Source: Zootoca vivipara
Taxonomy: Eukaryota
Direction of reading: 5' to 3'
Assembly (NCBI RefSeq): GCF_963506605.1
Contig: NC_083276.1
Span: forward strand, 83,390,001-83,454,000
DNA length: 64,000 bases
Both the position numbers and the translations under genes were made by a program. Positions 1 through 12,619 of the stretch are shown in pieces (position 1 is the stretch's first letter; every line of letters starts with the position of its first letter). The notes under the pieces were generated by a model. It made no database searches. It was not told the DNA's origin and saw only the letters and a list, made by a program, of their open reading frames with translations.

Positions 1-185
1 CATTAAAGGTCAGATTCTAGGGAGAGACAATGAGCAGCAATCGCCCCTTAGGGATGTCTCAGGCCTCCAGCAAGGAAGCAAATCCAACTAGTAATCATGT
101 TTACTGGATGACTGTAATTTCAGCTGCTTTGGTCTTAACAGTGGAAAGTGGCAAGCGCAACTAAAATCAGAAGTAGGCCACAAAA

Positions 186-275
186 CATAGCTGCCAAGTT
201 TTCCCTTTTATCGCGAGGAAGCCTATTCAGCATAAGGGAAAATCCCTTAAAAAAAGGGATAACTTGGCAGCTATG
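186..275. mobile_element. 90-bp non-autonomous hAT MITE
   Basis: Perfect 15-bp TIRs CATAGCTGCCAAGTT (186-200) / AACTTGGCAGCTATG (261-275); exact 8-bp TSD CCACAAAA (178-185, 276-283). Confidence 0.85.
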
Positions 276-820
276 CCACAAAATCCAAGACTACATCCAC
301 ACAATATGTTTAAAGCAAATGACATCTCGGCAAAGAATCCTGAGAACTCTGATTTACCTCTCATGGAGCTACAATTCACAACACTTTTAACTACGGTTCA
401 CAGGATTATTTGGGGTAGCTCATGTGCCTTAAATGTATGGTGTGAATACAGCCTTGTACAGCACATCAAATGCATTCAGTTTCTAATACAAAGAACTATT
501 TTGCCAGCCACATATGCTTTGACTTTAGCAAATTTCTTTCCAGAACCTTAGGAAAGGCAGTTGGCTTCTCCTCAATTTCAGAGCTTCTCTCAAGGGTTGA
601 GTACTATTTGGAAGGGAAGGGTCAAACTTTACATAACTTCCTTTTGCTCAGCTTTGCAGCTGTAGAAACCATGACCATCAAGAAAAAGATGGTCAGACAC
701 TATCAGTTAAGCAAGATTTATAAATAATCATAATTTGTTCATTGTCCAGCCAGTTGAACTTCAAAGAATGAAGTATTTCCATGACTAACAGGACTTAATT
801 AAAACCAGTACTGTAGAAGG

Positions 821-1151
821 GGCAGAGGAACCAGAGACCAAATAGCAAACATGCGCTGGATTATGGAGAAACCTAGAGAGTTCCAGAAAAACGTCTACTT
901 CTGCTTCATTGACTATGCAAAAGCCTTTGACTGTGTCGACCACAGCAAACTATGGCAAGTTCTTAAAGAAATGGGAGTGCCTGATCACCTCACCTGTCTC
1001 CTGAGAAATCTCTATGTGGGACAAGAAGCTACAGTTAGAACTGGATATGGATCAACTGATTGGTTCAAAATTGGGAGACAGGAGTGCCTGGCATGCTATG
1101 GTCCATGGGGTCACGAAGAGTCGGACACGACTAAACGACTAAACAACAACA
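821..1151 (+). mobile_element. Bov-B (RTE clade) LINE fragment, 5'-truncated and internally deleted
   Basis: ORF 851-1171 encodes RT motif CFIDYAKAFDCVDH...GVPDHL. It is followed by the Bov-B 3' end (GGGGTCACGAAGAGTCGGACACGACT) and a (CAA)n tail. TSD ACTGTAGAAGG at 810-820 and 1152-1162. Confidence 0.9.
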
Positions 1152-2898
1152 ACTGTAGAAGGATAATTTAAATCTTATAAACTCTAGGATAGTCATTTCC
1201 ATGATTTAACTGGAAATGATTTACTGTGTAATTCTTTTACACAACCAAGCAAACCAAAGGAAGTGCTCTACTCAGCTGTGTCTATCTAACACTACTTATC
1301 CATTTATGCTCTGATTTTACACAAGTTTGTTAAATCTCAGTCTTCTATAGCCTGTCTTCCTCGGCCAAAAAGCTCAATTCTTATGAAGGGGCATACCTGG
1401 CCACGCCCATCCAACTTTTGCACAATTAAAAAACACAATGTCAGAAATATGAATGAAAATGTTTGTTATGGTAAAAGAGACAGGCTTTAACCTAATGGAG
1501 TTAACATAACAAGTGGTTTGAGACTTGCAGCTTTGGAATACTTTTAACTGTCCTGTTTATCAGTGGACTTGGTGAATATTGTGAGCTGAATACTACATAA
1601 AACATATGCAACAAGGTGGTGTACAACATAAGAACATAAAAATATACTGGATTACTACCATTTTGCTATCTATATGTCTGAGGGAAAGTATATGCAGGTC
1701 TTACCACACAATCACCATAGGAAGCAGGTCTACCAATACCTATCACATTTCCCACTTAAAAATATGTGTCACCTTACACAAAGTCAGATGACCGTCCAAC
1801 CAGCATTGAAGAACAGTCAGCCCAAATGCAGGTAGAGGCCTTTCCTCTCACTGATTAATTCCAGAAACTGAGAAGAACTTGGATATGCCCTACTAACTAA
1901 AGCTCAACCCCCTTTATCCCCTCCTGGCCAATAATTAAGATGTCTTCCACAGAGAACAAACCACAGGATATAATCACTGAATTACAGAGACCTTTCAGCA
2001 GGTAACTTGAATGCTTAAAATATATCAGTAAATTGATCCACACGTTTCACTAACACAACAAAATTGTGATGTGATTGAAAGGACGCCTTTGATTGATTCC
2101 ACAGGGGTAGCCATGTTTGTTGGTGAATCAGCTATGTTTGTTGCTTGACCGTTCTTAAACACAGTTCCTCAATATAATACCACAGCAGCAGCATACATAG
2201 AACAAAACTGCTGAGTGTTTCACTATATATTGAGAAAGATGTAGCCTTACATTTAGTTGTGTTTAAAAACACACCCACCATATTATGGAGCCTTGTAACT
2301 TGCTGATCACCAGAATCCTCTCTGAGTCCTGATAGTTTATTGCAGCTCTTCTGCCCCCAACCTCTGAATTCCAAGCCTATGCCCTTGTTCCTGTGAGTTC
2401 AAGCCTTTTATCTCTTCACCTCTTGTTGTCCGTGAGCACTCAAAACATGTACATCAGGATGATGCCTTCCCATCATCTGCTGTTTTAGAAGCATCATCCT
2501 CCACAGAGTACCAACTTTTCAAAGGTCACATAGTTCTATGGCTACCTTCCCCCTGAACATTGCAAACAATGCTCCGTAATCAAACCTAACAGTCAGACGG
2601 CTCAGGAACTGCTTACTTGCAAATTTCAAACAGGTTTTATAAAGGCATAAAGTTACTAAGCGTCACAGTAATTAGGCACTGGCAGGAATAAATGCTTAAT
2701 CACTAAGGTTTATAATATTGATGTAGTATAAAATACCCACTTCTCTGTCTGAATTGTTAAAGGAATACTGTAGATAGAAAAGCTTGGGAAGCACTATATT
2801 AGTATTCTAGTCCTTTTATCTCCAAAGATGTTAAAAGCTTTGCCTGGTTCCAAATGTATCAGTCCTCACAACTTTTTTGTTTAAGGTTATGGAAGCAA

Positions 2899-3017
2899 TG
2901 TCCTCCTACACAGTTCGGTGTTCCAGTACCTAAATTTAGAAATTCAGTGTTCTTCACTACCACTGAATTTCTAAATTGAAGTACCGGTACTGGAAGACCC
3001 AACTGTGTAGGAGGACA
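2899..3017. repeat. Long imperfect inverted repeat (hairpin) in FNTB intron 1
   Basis: Three nested perfectly complementary arm pairs: 2899-2915/3001-3017, 2921-2930/2986-2995, 2933-2949/2961-2977. Confidence 0.85.
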
Positions 3018-4016
3018 GAGACAGGCACATCATTGTCACTGTGCACCCCTCAATTCAGTCTCTGACCTTACGTAAGAAAGAACCACATAGGGATTCTACT
3101 TGTGATTACTTGATCTGTCTGCACGATTGGCGAACCTGATAAAAGTGACCATGACAAAACTGGGTGAGAAGGATGGTGAGAGATAGCAGCTAGTGGAAAG
3201 GGAACTGGTGTGGGATGGAACCCCTTATCATTTGAACCCAACACTTTGTATAACCATTGTTACCTTGCTTGTATTTTTTTAAAAAATAGATACAGTAATA
3301 CATTTTTCTAAGACCACTTCTGTTAGCATACAAATAGGCAGACTTGAAAGTTGCAGGGATATAGTAAGCTCTGGATATGAATAGGATGTGTGCCTGTAAC
3401 TACAAATAGGTGTGAGCTGGAAGTGGGAAAGTTTGGCTGATGGATATGGGGAAGCACCACTATTAAAACCACCCTGAATCTCCATTTGTCCCAATCTATA
3501 GATTCCCCAAAGGTAGGGCGAGTTTTGAAGTGGGGTCCAAATTCACAAAATGCGAGGAACACCAGCAGCACACCACGTTTTTCTCCTGTTTCCCCACAAA
3601 CAGTTCTTCTCTAACAAAATTTCAAACAAGAAAAGAGGAGATGCAAAGCGGTTCTCCAAGGTGTGCCGACAAGGAACTCCATCGTGTGAGATGGGAAGCG
3701 GACAGCTCTGGAGACAAATGGCAAAAAACATAGGAGCGGAGGACTAGGCGAGCCTCCAGAAGCGACTTAAGCATATTAATGCATCAGCTTCCATGGGCAA
3801 TGGACTACCTGAAACGGACTTAAGACGGCACATGGAGAAGTAGAAGCTAAACCAAATCTTAACAAGATAATATACCTCAAAAAAGCCCCACCCCACAACC
3901 CTGGAGATTCCCACTGTACTGAACACAATGGATCTACAGAGCGGCCACGGGGCATCGCTCTCTCTCCGCCCGTGCACAGAAACAGACCGGACCCCTGAAA
4001 CCGCACGTCCGCGAAA

Positions 4017-4038
4017 TGCACCCTGGGAGTTGTAGTCC
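4017..4038 (-). promoter_or_regulatory. ZNF143/THAP11-type ACTACA-SBS motif just inside FNTB intron 1
   Basis: Minus strand reads GGACTACAACTCCCAGGGTGCA, inside the CpG island and without flanking MITE arms. Confidence 0.55.
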
Positions 4039-4074
4039 CTGTCCCTGGAAAGAGGGGGCGGCTCCCAGCCCCAC

Positions 4075-4197
4075 CTGCTCAGCTGAAGTGAGGGTCCGAA
4101 CTCCGTCGTCCTCCAGCCTCTCCCGGCCCGCTTCCGTGCTGCCCCGCCGGTAGCGTCTCCTGTCAGCGACGGGCTGGGTAGAAGCGGCGGCCGCCAT
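4075..4197 (-). CDS. FNTB: Protein farnesyltransferase subunit beta, coding exon 1 (remaining exons not recognised, probably left of the window)
   Basis: MAAAASTQPVADRRRYRRGSTEAGRERLEDDGVRTLTSAEQ resembles the FNTB exon-1 end (RERLQDDSVETVTSIEQ in human, recalled). Phase-0 donor CAG|GTGGG, CpG island, and synteny with RAB15/GPX2/CHURC1. Confidence 0.85.
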
Positions 4198-5051
4198 GAT
4201 CCCACAAAACCGCTCAGCCCGCGCGACTGAGGCTGGCAGCCCGAGAGGCAGTGTGCTCTAGCCCGGCTACGGCGGCTCGCTGAAGGCAAGAAAGGTCCGA
4301 GCGCGCTGCTCTATTATACTGTAGCAGCTTCGCCCAAACGCGCTGGGAAGCGCCGGCGGCACAGTCGGTAACTCACTGCCGCCCCCACGTGGCGCCTATT
4401 TTAACCCGCCAGTTTCAGTTTATAATCTTAAAATGTGGCCTCTGATGCGGCAAGCGACTGCTAGGCGCTGTGATCCCAGGCGGGAATCCTCTCTCTCTGA
4501 CGCAATGCGCCCTGCTTAAGGGCTGGGAAAAGCACAGGAGGGATCCCTCAAACCAGTTTACCGGTAACTACAGGTACTGGAGCTTTCCATGCGGCATGAA
4601 AAGGGAGTTCTCCTCCCTCTTCACAGACCAGTTTATTTAAAGGGGAAGTGGGTTCCCAAGTTACTTGCCCTGCTTTTTAGCCCGCTTTTGCTTGCGTTAG
4701 CGCGTGAGTGAGCTGAGCAGACAACAGCTCCTGGAAATCTCTAGGCAGGCTGCTTGTTGTAAGGCAATTCTCCCTTTCCAGCGTGGACAGGTGGTGTGTG
4801 GGAAGAGTTGCTCTCCAGATGGAAAACTGAACTCCTACTTACAATGACTGTGCTTTGTTCCCAGTCTCCTTGCCGGTTTAAGAGTGCTGCATTGCTCGCG
4901 ACTTCAATAGGCCTAGGGAACCTGTGGCCTCCCAGTTTTTTTCACTCCTGTTATCCCTGACCATTGGCCACGCTGGCTGGGGCTGATGGGAATAGGAGCC
5001 TAACAATACCTGGTCACAGGTTACCCCATCCTTGCTGTAGTGGCTTCAAAA

Positions 5052-5185
5052 NNNNNNNNNNNNNNNNNNNNNNNNNNNNNNNNNNNNNNNNNNNNNNNNN
5101 NNNNNNNNNNNNNNNNNNNNNNNNNNNNNNNNNNNNNNNNNNNNNNNNNNNNNNNNNNNNNNNNNNNNNNNNNNNNNNNNNNNNN
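5052..5185. other. Assembly gap (N run)
   Basis: Run of N bases. Confidence 0.99.
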
Positions 5186-5215
5186 GAGCAATGCTGCAGA
5201 GATCAGCAGGTACTG

Positions 5216-5258
<43 letters not shown>

Positions 5259-5307
5259 GTTTATACCCCGCCCATCTGGCAGGGTTTCCCCAGCCACTCT
5301 GGGCAGC
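5216..5307 (-). mobile_element. L2 LINE 3'-terminal fragment with (TAA)n tail
   Basis: (TAA)n followed by TTTATACCCCGCCCATCTGG...CCCCAGCCACTCTGGGC, same as the 3' end of the L2 copy at 17.7 kb. Confidence 0.75.
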
Positions 5308-8300
5308 TCAGTATTAGTTGTGGATCCAGCTGCTAGAGGGCTAAATAATCCCTTTTCAGGGGTGAAACTAGGCTCATTTTCACCCAGGTCAAAGACCCAG
5401 TTTGGCATACACACACCCCACGTGCATCTGCGTACACACATCACAAGCTGGGAGCCTCAATGGCGCCCCTCTGGAGGTTTCACCCGGGACAAAAAACCTG
5501 GCTAGCCCCCCCTATAGCTATGGCTCTGCCCCTTTTATGCCTATCTTGCATTTCCCGTATTTAAAACTAGCTATGATCATTCAAATGTGAGGAGGGGAGA
5601 TTTTGCTCAACAAAGGGGAATTATTGTGCGCTTGGAGAGAAATAGATTGATAAAAACTGAGGCGGACAAGGGAGTAGGGTTCTAACCTGAGTTCATTGCA
5701 GTGGAGCCTAGGGTCCTGAGTGGTTCTCTTCAGGCTAGTTCTTGGTTTATTTCTCTCTCTTTTTGCCCTCCCCCCCCAAAAAAAATAGGCATTGTGTGTG
5801 GGCTGACATTCATCTCTCGTTTAAGAAAATCTGCCTCCCAATTTTTCCTCTCCTGAAAATGAAGGGACTAAAATCAGGCCAGCTTGTGTGATAGCATTAG
5901 CTTTAAAATAGCTGCATTTTCCTTTTTCTATGAACAGGAAAGCTTTACAACTGCAGTGCCCCATCTGCCCTAATGAACCAGTCTTCATGGGATGCGCATA
6001 AAGGTCTTCATTTGAGACACCAAATCAAGCTCTCAGTTCAGAAAACCTGGGAGGAGAACCTATGCAACAAACCAAAGAAACAAAGAGGTGGAGAAATTTA
6101 AAAATTGCTTCAAAATACCGTAAGTTTAACCCATCTTCTCCAAGATTCAGATGGAAACTGCAACTTAGGGTAACACTTACACATATCTCATGAAGTGTTC
6201 TCTAGTGACACGTGCTTTTTTTCTTAAAAAAATATGTATGTCCTTTTCCTACTTATATTGAAATACTGCCCCTCAATGAGGACAAACTTAGATTCACAAA
6301 ATGTTTAGGGGTATGCGTACCCCTGTGTCCCCCCCAGAAAAAAGCACTGCTACCGTAGTGACTATTCCACAAAAGCTTGTGTTATAATGCAAATGTGAGT
6401 TTTAAGGTGCCACAAGGCTCTTGGCTGTTATTGAAGAAGATGCTAAAGACCACAGACATGGTTGCTGCAAAACAAACAAGGAGGGCTATTTGATTATCCC
6501 CTCAGAACAATTTGAAGCCTTTTGTAGAACTGTAATCCAACAGGCAGAGCAAATAGCTGCAGACATGTGAGAAACTGATTGATGTACAGCACAAGGATTT
6601 CAAGGCAGAATAGTAGAAATGGAAAAGCAGGTGGTGCATTTAAATCAACATATTTTCTTTCTCTTTTAATGTTTGAATTAGTGTGCTTTTTAAACATACA
6701 ACACAAACTACTACAACAAAATCCCTAATCCACCCCTCCCAACATATGACTGATTAGTGGTATTAGAGTAAGAATTATCTTTTCAATGTAATGTATAAGC
6801 ACAGTCCAGGAAAATCTTATGGTGCTCCAGTTTGTTCATACAGATGGTGAGGAGTACACTTAAGATACATTAAATCATGAAGATCATATTTAAATCAACA
6901 TTTTTGTTTATGTTCTACCCAACTATAAATTGTTTGTCTTTAAATTCCTCCAATAAAACGCTGTGTTGAGGATGAAATAGCCGTATTTATTAGAAATGTG
7001 TTCTTTAAGTGTTGCTGTCTGCATTAAAGTAGGTAGACATTTTAGTCTCCTGTACTTGCTCAAGCCATGTTTACAACAAAAATACAAATCAATATTTTAA
7101 TTTCCTTTATATCTGCATGCCCCTACCATGTTGCAATAAACCCAATGGTACAGGAAATTATTCACTTGACCGCTGCCTCAGAGACAACAGCTCCCAAAAG
7201 AAGCACAGGCATAATCTAGACTTGTAATGAGCTAACTCTCACAGAATGGGACACAGGAAGTACAATTCAATCAATAGGAAGTGTGTAGTAGTGGACACAA
7301 CTGGACCAAATATTGTTTTGAAAGGCTCAGAGGATAAATCCATAGACCTGCAATCCAAAAGGATCTTATTTATGTGTTGTGGATCCAAATTGCTGAGCAA
7401 GTTAAAGGTGTCCATATTCAGGCTGCTGTCATGCAATTCAAGAAAAACAAAAGAGGTTTTGTTCTGTTTATGAAGCTTTTGCTCCACAGTTCAAAGAAGA
7501 GGTGGGAAACATTTTCTGGCTGGCAGGCCAGATTCTTATCTTCCCACTCCTGAAGGGCCAAATTTGACAGATTATTGGGGCCACCTACCTGTCAGTGACT
7601 TCTGCACTTTGGAGCAGCAGGACAGGAGGAAATTCTAAAATTTATTGGAAAGTGTAGACTAAGGTAAAATCATTTATTTTGAAATCTGTAAGAGATGGTG
7701 TTCTATTTTTAGACTGATAACACAAACTTTGGAGAATATAAAGATCCTTAAGCAAGAGCAGAAGGATGGGACAGACCAGGTGCAATAATCTTGCCAAACT
7801 CATTGCTTTAACATGGAGAACAAGAAGCTTAGAAATGCCATGAATGTTGTTCAGTTGAAAGGTATTCACTGTTTTATGTAAAAATGGGTGGTGTAACTAA
7901 CATTATTGGTATTCAAAACAAAATAAAAATCTTCCTTCCACTAGTACCTTAGATACCAACTACCGGTAAGTTTGTCATTGTTATGAGCTTTTGTGTGCAT
8001 GTGTGTGTGGGGAGCACCCTGTTGCAACAGCTTTAATAAAGATCAGGCTTACTAGCTGCTTTGCTTCTCAATATTCTCTGGTTGGCCTCTGTTATCTTCT
8101 CCTACCAATGGAGAACCTACAAAGGACTCTGTAAGGGCTCTTGTGTACCCCATAAGGGAATAAGGGCAAATTTTGTTTACATTTACAACATGAGTGACAC
8201 TGATAGCCTTCGCTGCCCTATGGTAAGTGAATATGAAGTAATTATAGAAATTCCTCTGGCTGAGATTATTCAGCAGTTACAGATTTTCTCATCTTGACAC

Positions 8301-10343
8301 AATTTATCAGCGATAGTGAAATTCCACTTTTAAAAAAGCTTATGAAATGTACAGTAGCTTAAAGTAGTGGTAAAAAAGAGCCTAAGTAGCTGTGACAGAT
8401 TTATTTGTTTATACACAATTGCCCCGTTTTAAAATAAAATTAAGAAATCCGCCCCCAACACTAATGTGTATTGGACAGACATGTTTGTTCTTCACAGCAT
8501 AGCATAAAATTTGACCAACCCATTTAGCAATTCAGTGTTAAAATAAGACGCTTCCTTTCATGCTATCCTTAATGTTGATGTTTTGTGTCATATTGCATGA
8601 GAAGCGCCTATTACATGAGAGGGATGTCGAATGCAGGTGCAGACTGTGAGCACGCAGCCAGGTTTGTTATTACATGCCTACAAACTGAATGATAGTGTAG
8701 AAAGCAAAGCAGTAATCATAATCATGACTACTTTAGTGTTTCTATGCAAGTTTATTTAGCATTTTCATTTAGGAGCCTTGATGTTCTCTATTTCTATAGT
8801 CTCCATTTCTAGAGCAGGTGACTAAGATGAACCAAGTGTTCTAGATGCGGTAAGTAAAGTGAATAGATTACATTCAAGTTTGGTGGCATAATCTGAAATA
8901 AACCCATTAATAGTTTTCTCAAGAGTGGCTGGAACTTTCCCAATTATGTAATGTTTGAGATAAAAGTGTATCCTTGGCCTGCTAGTCTCCTTAAGCATTA
9001 CAGGTATTGTCATGCAGTCTCCATCTGCTTTGTTTCCTCCCCTGTCAACAATCTGAAAGGATTCATTCATTCAAAATAGAACAGCAATGTAAGGAAGGTG
9101 TCACTTGTTCTCATACACCTTGTTAGTCACATGAAGCTGATCCTCTGTATATTTTCTGAGGGCTCATGCATATGCAATATTGCTTGAACTACAGAAATAA
9201 AAGTCTTCCTGTGTACATTGAGCAGCTCAGAGAACACTCCTGCTTTTGGCAGAAGTGAGGTCACTGTCATAGTGATCTGCCATAGCAACCGACGTGGGTA
9301 CTGACAGATTCAAAGAAGGAACACTCATGTCAGTCATTATGGAGCTTAAGATGCCAAAGAGAGATGTATTTGCACTAGTGAAATCCTAAACATACTTATT
9401 CTAAAGTAAGCTCCATTGTTTGCAATAGGTCTTACTCCCAGCTATGTGTGCATAGAGTTTCAGCCAATTCAATGACTCCATGCTCATAATTTTCAACGAC
9501 TCCATGCTCATAATTTTGCCGATATATAACCCTATCTTCTTAAGGCGTAAGCCAATACTTGCTTGCATCATGTAATGCAATGATGTCATTTTGAGTTTGC
9601 TTGCCTTTTAATCTTCTTACAAATATGTACTGAGAAAGGCGGGCCTTGTTGCCTTGAAGTTGATCTATGACAAACAGAGAAATGTGTTTATCAGGCTATG
9701 TATTGTGCAGCCTTGATAAAATATTGCACCTTTTCTCTGCCTCTGCTCTCCATCTGTAACTTGTAGATTAGCAGCTCTGATCCTCTGCTTTAGGATGCTG
9801 TTTTGGGAGTAACACCACGAGCAGCTCAGGATGGGAAGAACTTGTCAAGGGGAGAAAATATGTTGATTATCACACACTTATTCCGAATCCTCTTGAAATC
9901 AGCAATCATTCACTGCTGCTAACTTCATGCTTGGCTAGCAGAGCACATACCTAGCGGATTACATATGTAGCAAAATCCTGTTAACTCAGAAGAAAACCCC
10001 ACTTCTTTCAACTGAATTTGGCCACAATTCTGTTCACACTTTCTGGGAGCAAGCCCCACTGAACTCAATGTGACCTACTTTTGTGTAGTCCTGCATATGA
10101 CATGACCCGGAAAGCTGCCTGTCAAACGCCGGCTCCCTCGACCTGAAAAGCGAGGTGAGCAGTGCATCCCATAGTCGCCTTTGACTGGACTTAACCATCC
10201 AGGGTCCCTTTGGCTTTACCTGTGTTGTAAAACCCTCCCTCCCATCCAGACTGTTCATTCCACTTTTCCACATTTTAAGTCATTATCTATTTTTTCTATT
10301 GCCACAGTGCCCAATTCTCTCCCCACTCCTTGATGTTCTATGC

Positions 10344-10789
10344 CAGGGGTCCCCAGACTACAGCCCCCGGGCCGGATGCGGCCCAATTGGCCTCCCAATC
10401 TGGCCCGCGACGACCACTGCCGCCGCCCGCTTTTGCGGCACGCTGCGCGGCGGCGCACTTCCAGATTGGAAAAAAATTGCCGAAAATCGTTTCTGCGCAT
10501 GTGTATGGGCCTCTCCCGACCCAGAAGAGGTCATTTCCGGTGCACTTCCGGGTCGGGGGAGGTGCACTTCCGGGTCGGGGGAGGCCATATGCATGCGCAC
10601 AAACAATTTTCGGCGATTTTTCCGGCCTGGAAGCGCGCCACCGCGCCAGTAAATGGGTGTGCGCATGCGCACTGGCGCGCACTCCCCCACCCTCAGGCCC
10701 ACTGCGCGCGCACTCTCCCGCCCTCTGGCCCGCCACGTGATCGGTGCGGCGGGCACCGGCCCGAAGGCGGGTAAGTCTGGGGACCCCTG
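10344..10789. mobile_element. CpG-rich non-autonomous hAT element
   Basis: TIRs CAGGGGTCCCCAGACT / AGTCTGGGGACCCCTG; exact 8-bp TSD TTCTATGC (10336-10343, 10790-10797); internal inverted and tandem repeats. Confidence 0.9.
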
Positions 10790-10796
10790 TTCTATG

Positions 10797-11043
10797 CAGT
10801 GGTGTCCAAACTTTTTTCAAAGAGGGCCAGATTTGATGAAGTGGAGGGCCGTGAGGGCCAACCAAAGGACCAACCTGTTAACATTTTTTTTAGGATTGAA
10901 GTTGTTGAGCTTTTTTATGATTTTACCCCAAAGTTCTTGAGCTTTTTTTGGATTTTACCCCAGGAAATAAACTGTCACAGGGGCCGAATTAAATCGACCG
11001 GCAAGCCGGATTAGGCCCCCAAAATGGTCTTTGGACATGCCTG
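10797..11043. mobile_element. hAT (Charlie-like) MITE abutting the previous element
   Basis: Ends CAGTGGTGTCCAAA / TTTGGACATGCCTG with GGGCC subterminal motifs; TSD not clean. Confidence 0.65.
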
Positions 11044-11923
11044 TTGTATGGCATATTTCGTGAAGACCCCATCCTGCTTAGAATACACGCAGGGTGTATT
11101 CACCACCTCTAGGCCAAAAAATAAAAATAATCAGTACTTTTAAGGGAAAGTACTTCAATACTCAGTGCTTTTAACAGAAAAATAATCACAGGCACAGAGA
11201 TCAATCAGGAAGCAAAAGGAATAAAATTCAAGCAGAATGTTGGCTTAGAATGGGTTACATTCACATGCATTGCCTGGGAATTATAATTTACATACACCCC
11301 TAGTCAAACAGGCTACAGCACTTTAGCCACATACAGAAAAGTTTCTTTCTCCTTTTGTCCTAAGAAGGCGGCTTGCATAGAATTAAGATACTGAAAAACC
11401 AGATCTGTCAGTTCAAGGACCTGGGGCAAACCTAAGAGAAGAAAAGAAGGAAACAAAAGCAAAGGTGCAAAATGGGTGACATCAGTTCTAACCAATCTCA
11501 GACCTTCGTCTCAAGGTGCTCAATGTACATAAAATATTTACATTTCCTAAAGCATGAAATGTCAACTAGTTCCCTTGACATTCACAAGCTACAGGATTGC
11601 ACAGATTTTAAGGCTGCTGTCTTGCTGATCGTAAATGTTTCAGTAAGTGTGAAATTAAGTTGGATTTCACATCTCTTCTAGCAAGAGCTTTGGGTAACTG
11701 CTTATATAATTGATTGGCCATTGATTTGGGCAGGGAAATCAATCGTTCAGGAAAGACACCATTTAACATTTGACAATCCATAGGGTTTTAATAAATGATT
11801 TCTGAATTATAGTCTTGGCATAACAAACTGCTTATGCTTCCTTCTCCCCACTCCCTTGCAAGTTACCTTTCATTTAAATGGGTATGTATGTGGTTTATAT
11901 GCTACTCATTATATAGTGCGCGT

Positions 11924-11924
<1 letters not shown>

Positions 11925-11955
<31 letters not shown>

Positions 11956-12132
11956 CAGCCCTGTTTAGGGAAGCTTTTAATGTCTGATGTTTTATTGTAT
12001 TTTTAATATTTTGTTGGAAGCCACCCAGAGTGGCTGGAGAAACCTAGCCAGATGGGCAGGGTATGTATGTATGTATGTATGTATGTATGTATGTATGTAT
12101 GTATGTATGTATAAACAAACAAACAAACAAAC
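11925..12132 (+). repeat. (CA)n, L2 3'-end fragment, then (TATG)n(AAAC)n microsatellites
   Basis: Repeats seen directly; the middle segment is the reverse complement of the L2 3' end at 17.75-17.88 kb. Confidence 0.8.
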
Positions 12133-12301
12133 ATCACCATCATCATTGCCAACACTCATATTTCTATGGCAATCATAATTTTACAAGTGTGGAGTGCTGC
12201 TGTTCAGGTTCCAGTCAGCTAGCCATGCTCTCTTCCAAAATCTTCCATTCCATCTACCTGTTTTTCCACCCCACCCCCTAAACTGCCAGCATCCCATAGC
12301 C

Positions 12302-12483
12302 CAGGGGTCAGCAAACTTTTTCAGCAGGGGGCCAGTCCACTGTCCCTCAGACCTTGGAGGGGGGGGGCGGACTATATTTTGAAGGGAAAAAAATGAACGA
12401 ATTCCTATGCCCCACAAATAACCCAGAGATGCATTTTAAATAAAAGGACACATTCTATTTTAAATAAAAGGACACATTCTACT
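12302..12483 (+). mobile_element. 5' part of an OposCharlie1/OC1-like hAT MITE
   Basis: CAGGGGTCAGCAAACTTTTTCAGCAGGGGGCCAGTCCACTGTCCCTCAGACC...GGACTATA...AATTCCTATGC resembles OC1-type MITE termini (recalled, not searched). It ends in a 24-bp tandem duplication. Confidence 0.6.
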
Positions 12484-12619
12484 GAGAAGTTACAGAGCTC
12501 TCTAACCTTAATTTCATGCAAACAATGTGTATCCTGAGCAGATAACCACAGAGAAATTTAGTCCCTCGTTTATCCCCGATACCTGCAAACTGGATTTCTC
12601 TTTAGTTTTCCATGGCAAC

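Larger units (their letters stand above)
3940..4520 (-). promoter_or_regulatory. FNTB CpG-island promoter
   Basis: Dense CpG around the start codon; GC box next to E-box CACGTG at 4386-4391. Confidence 0.75.

Noticed and set aside
1-4074. FNTB exon 2
   Set aside because: I found no AG-flanked minus-strand segment resembling KVEE..QEV; it probably lies left of the window.
4964-5444. ORFs with poly-X, poly-N, poly-I or poly-Y tracts
   Set aside because: Artefacts of the assembly gap and the (TAA)n L2 tail.
10255-10940. Stack of overlapping 80-175 aa ORFs on both strands
   Set aside because: Caused by the stop-poor, GC-rich MITE; not a gene.
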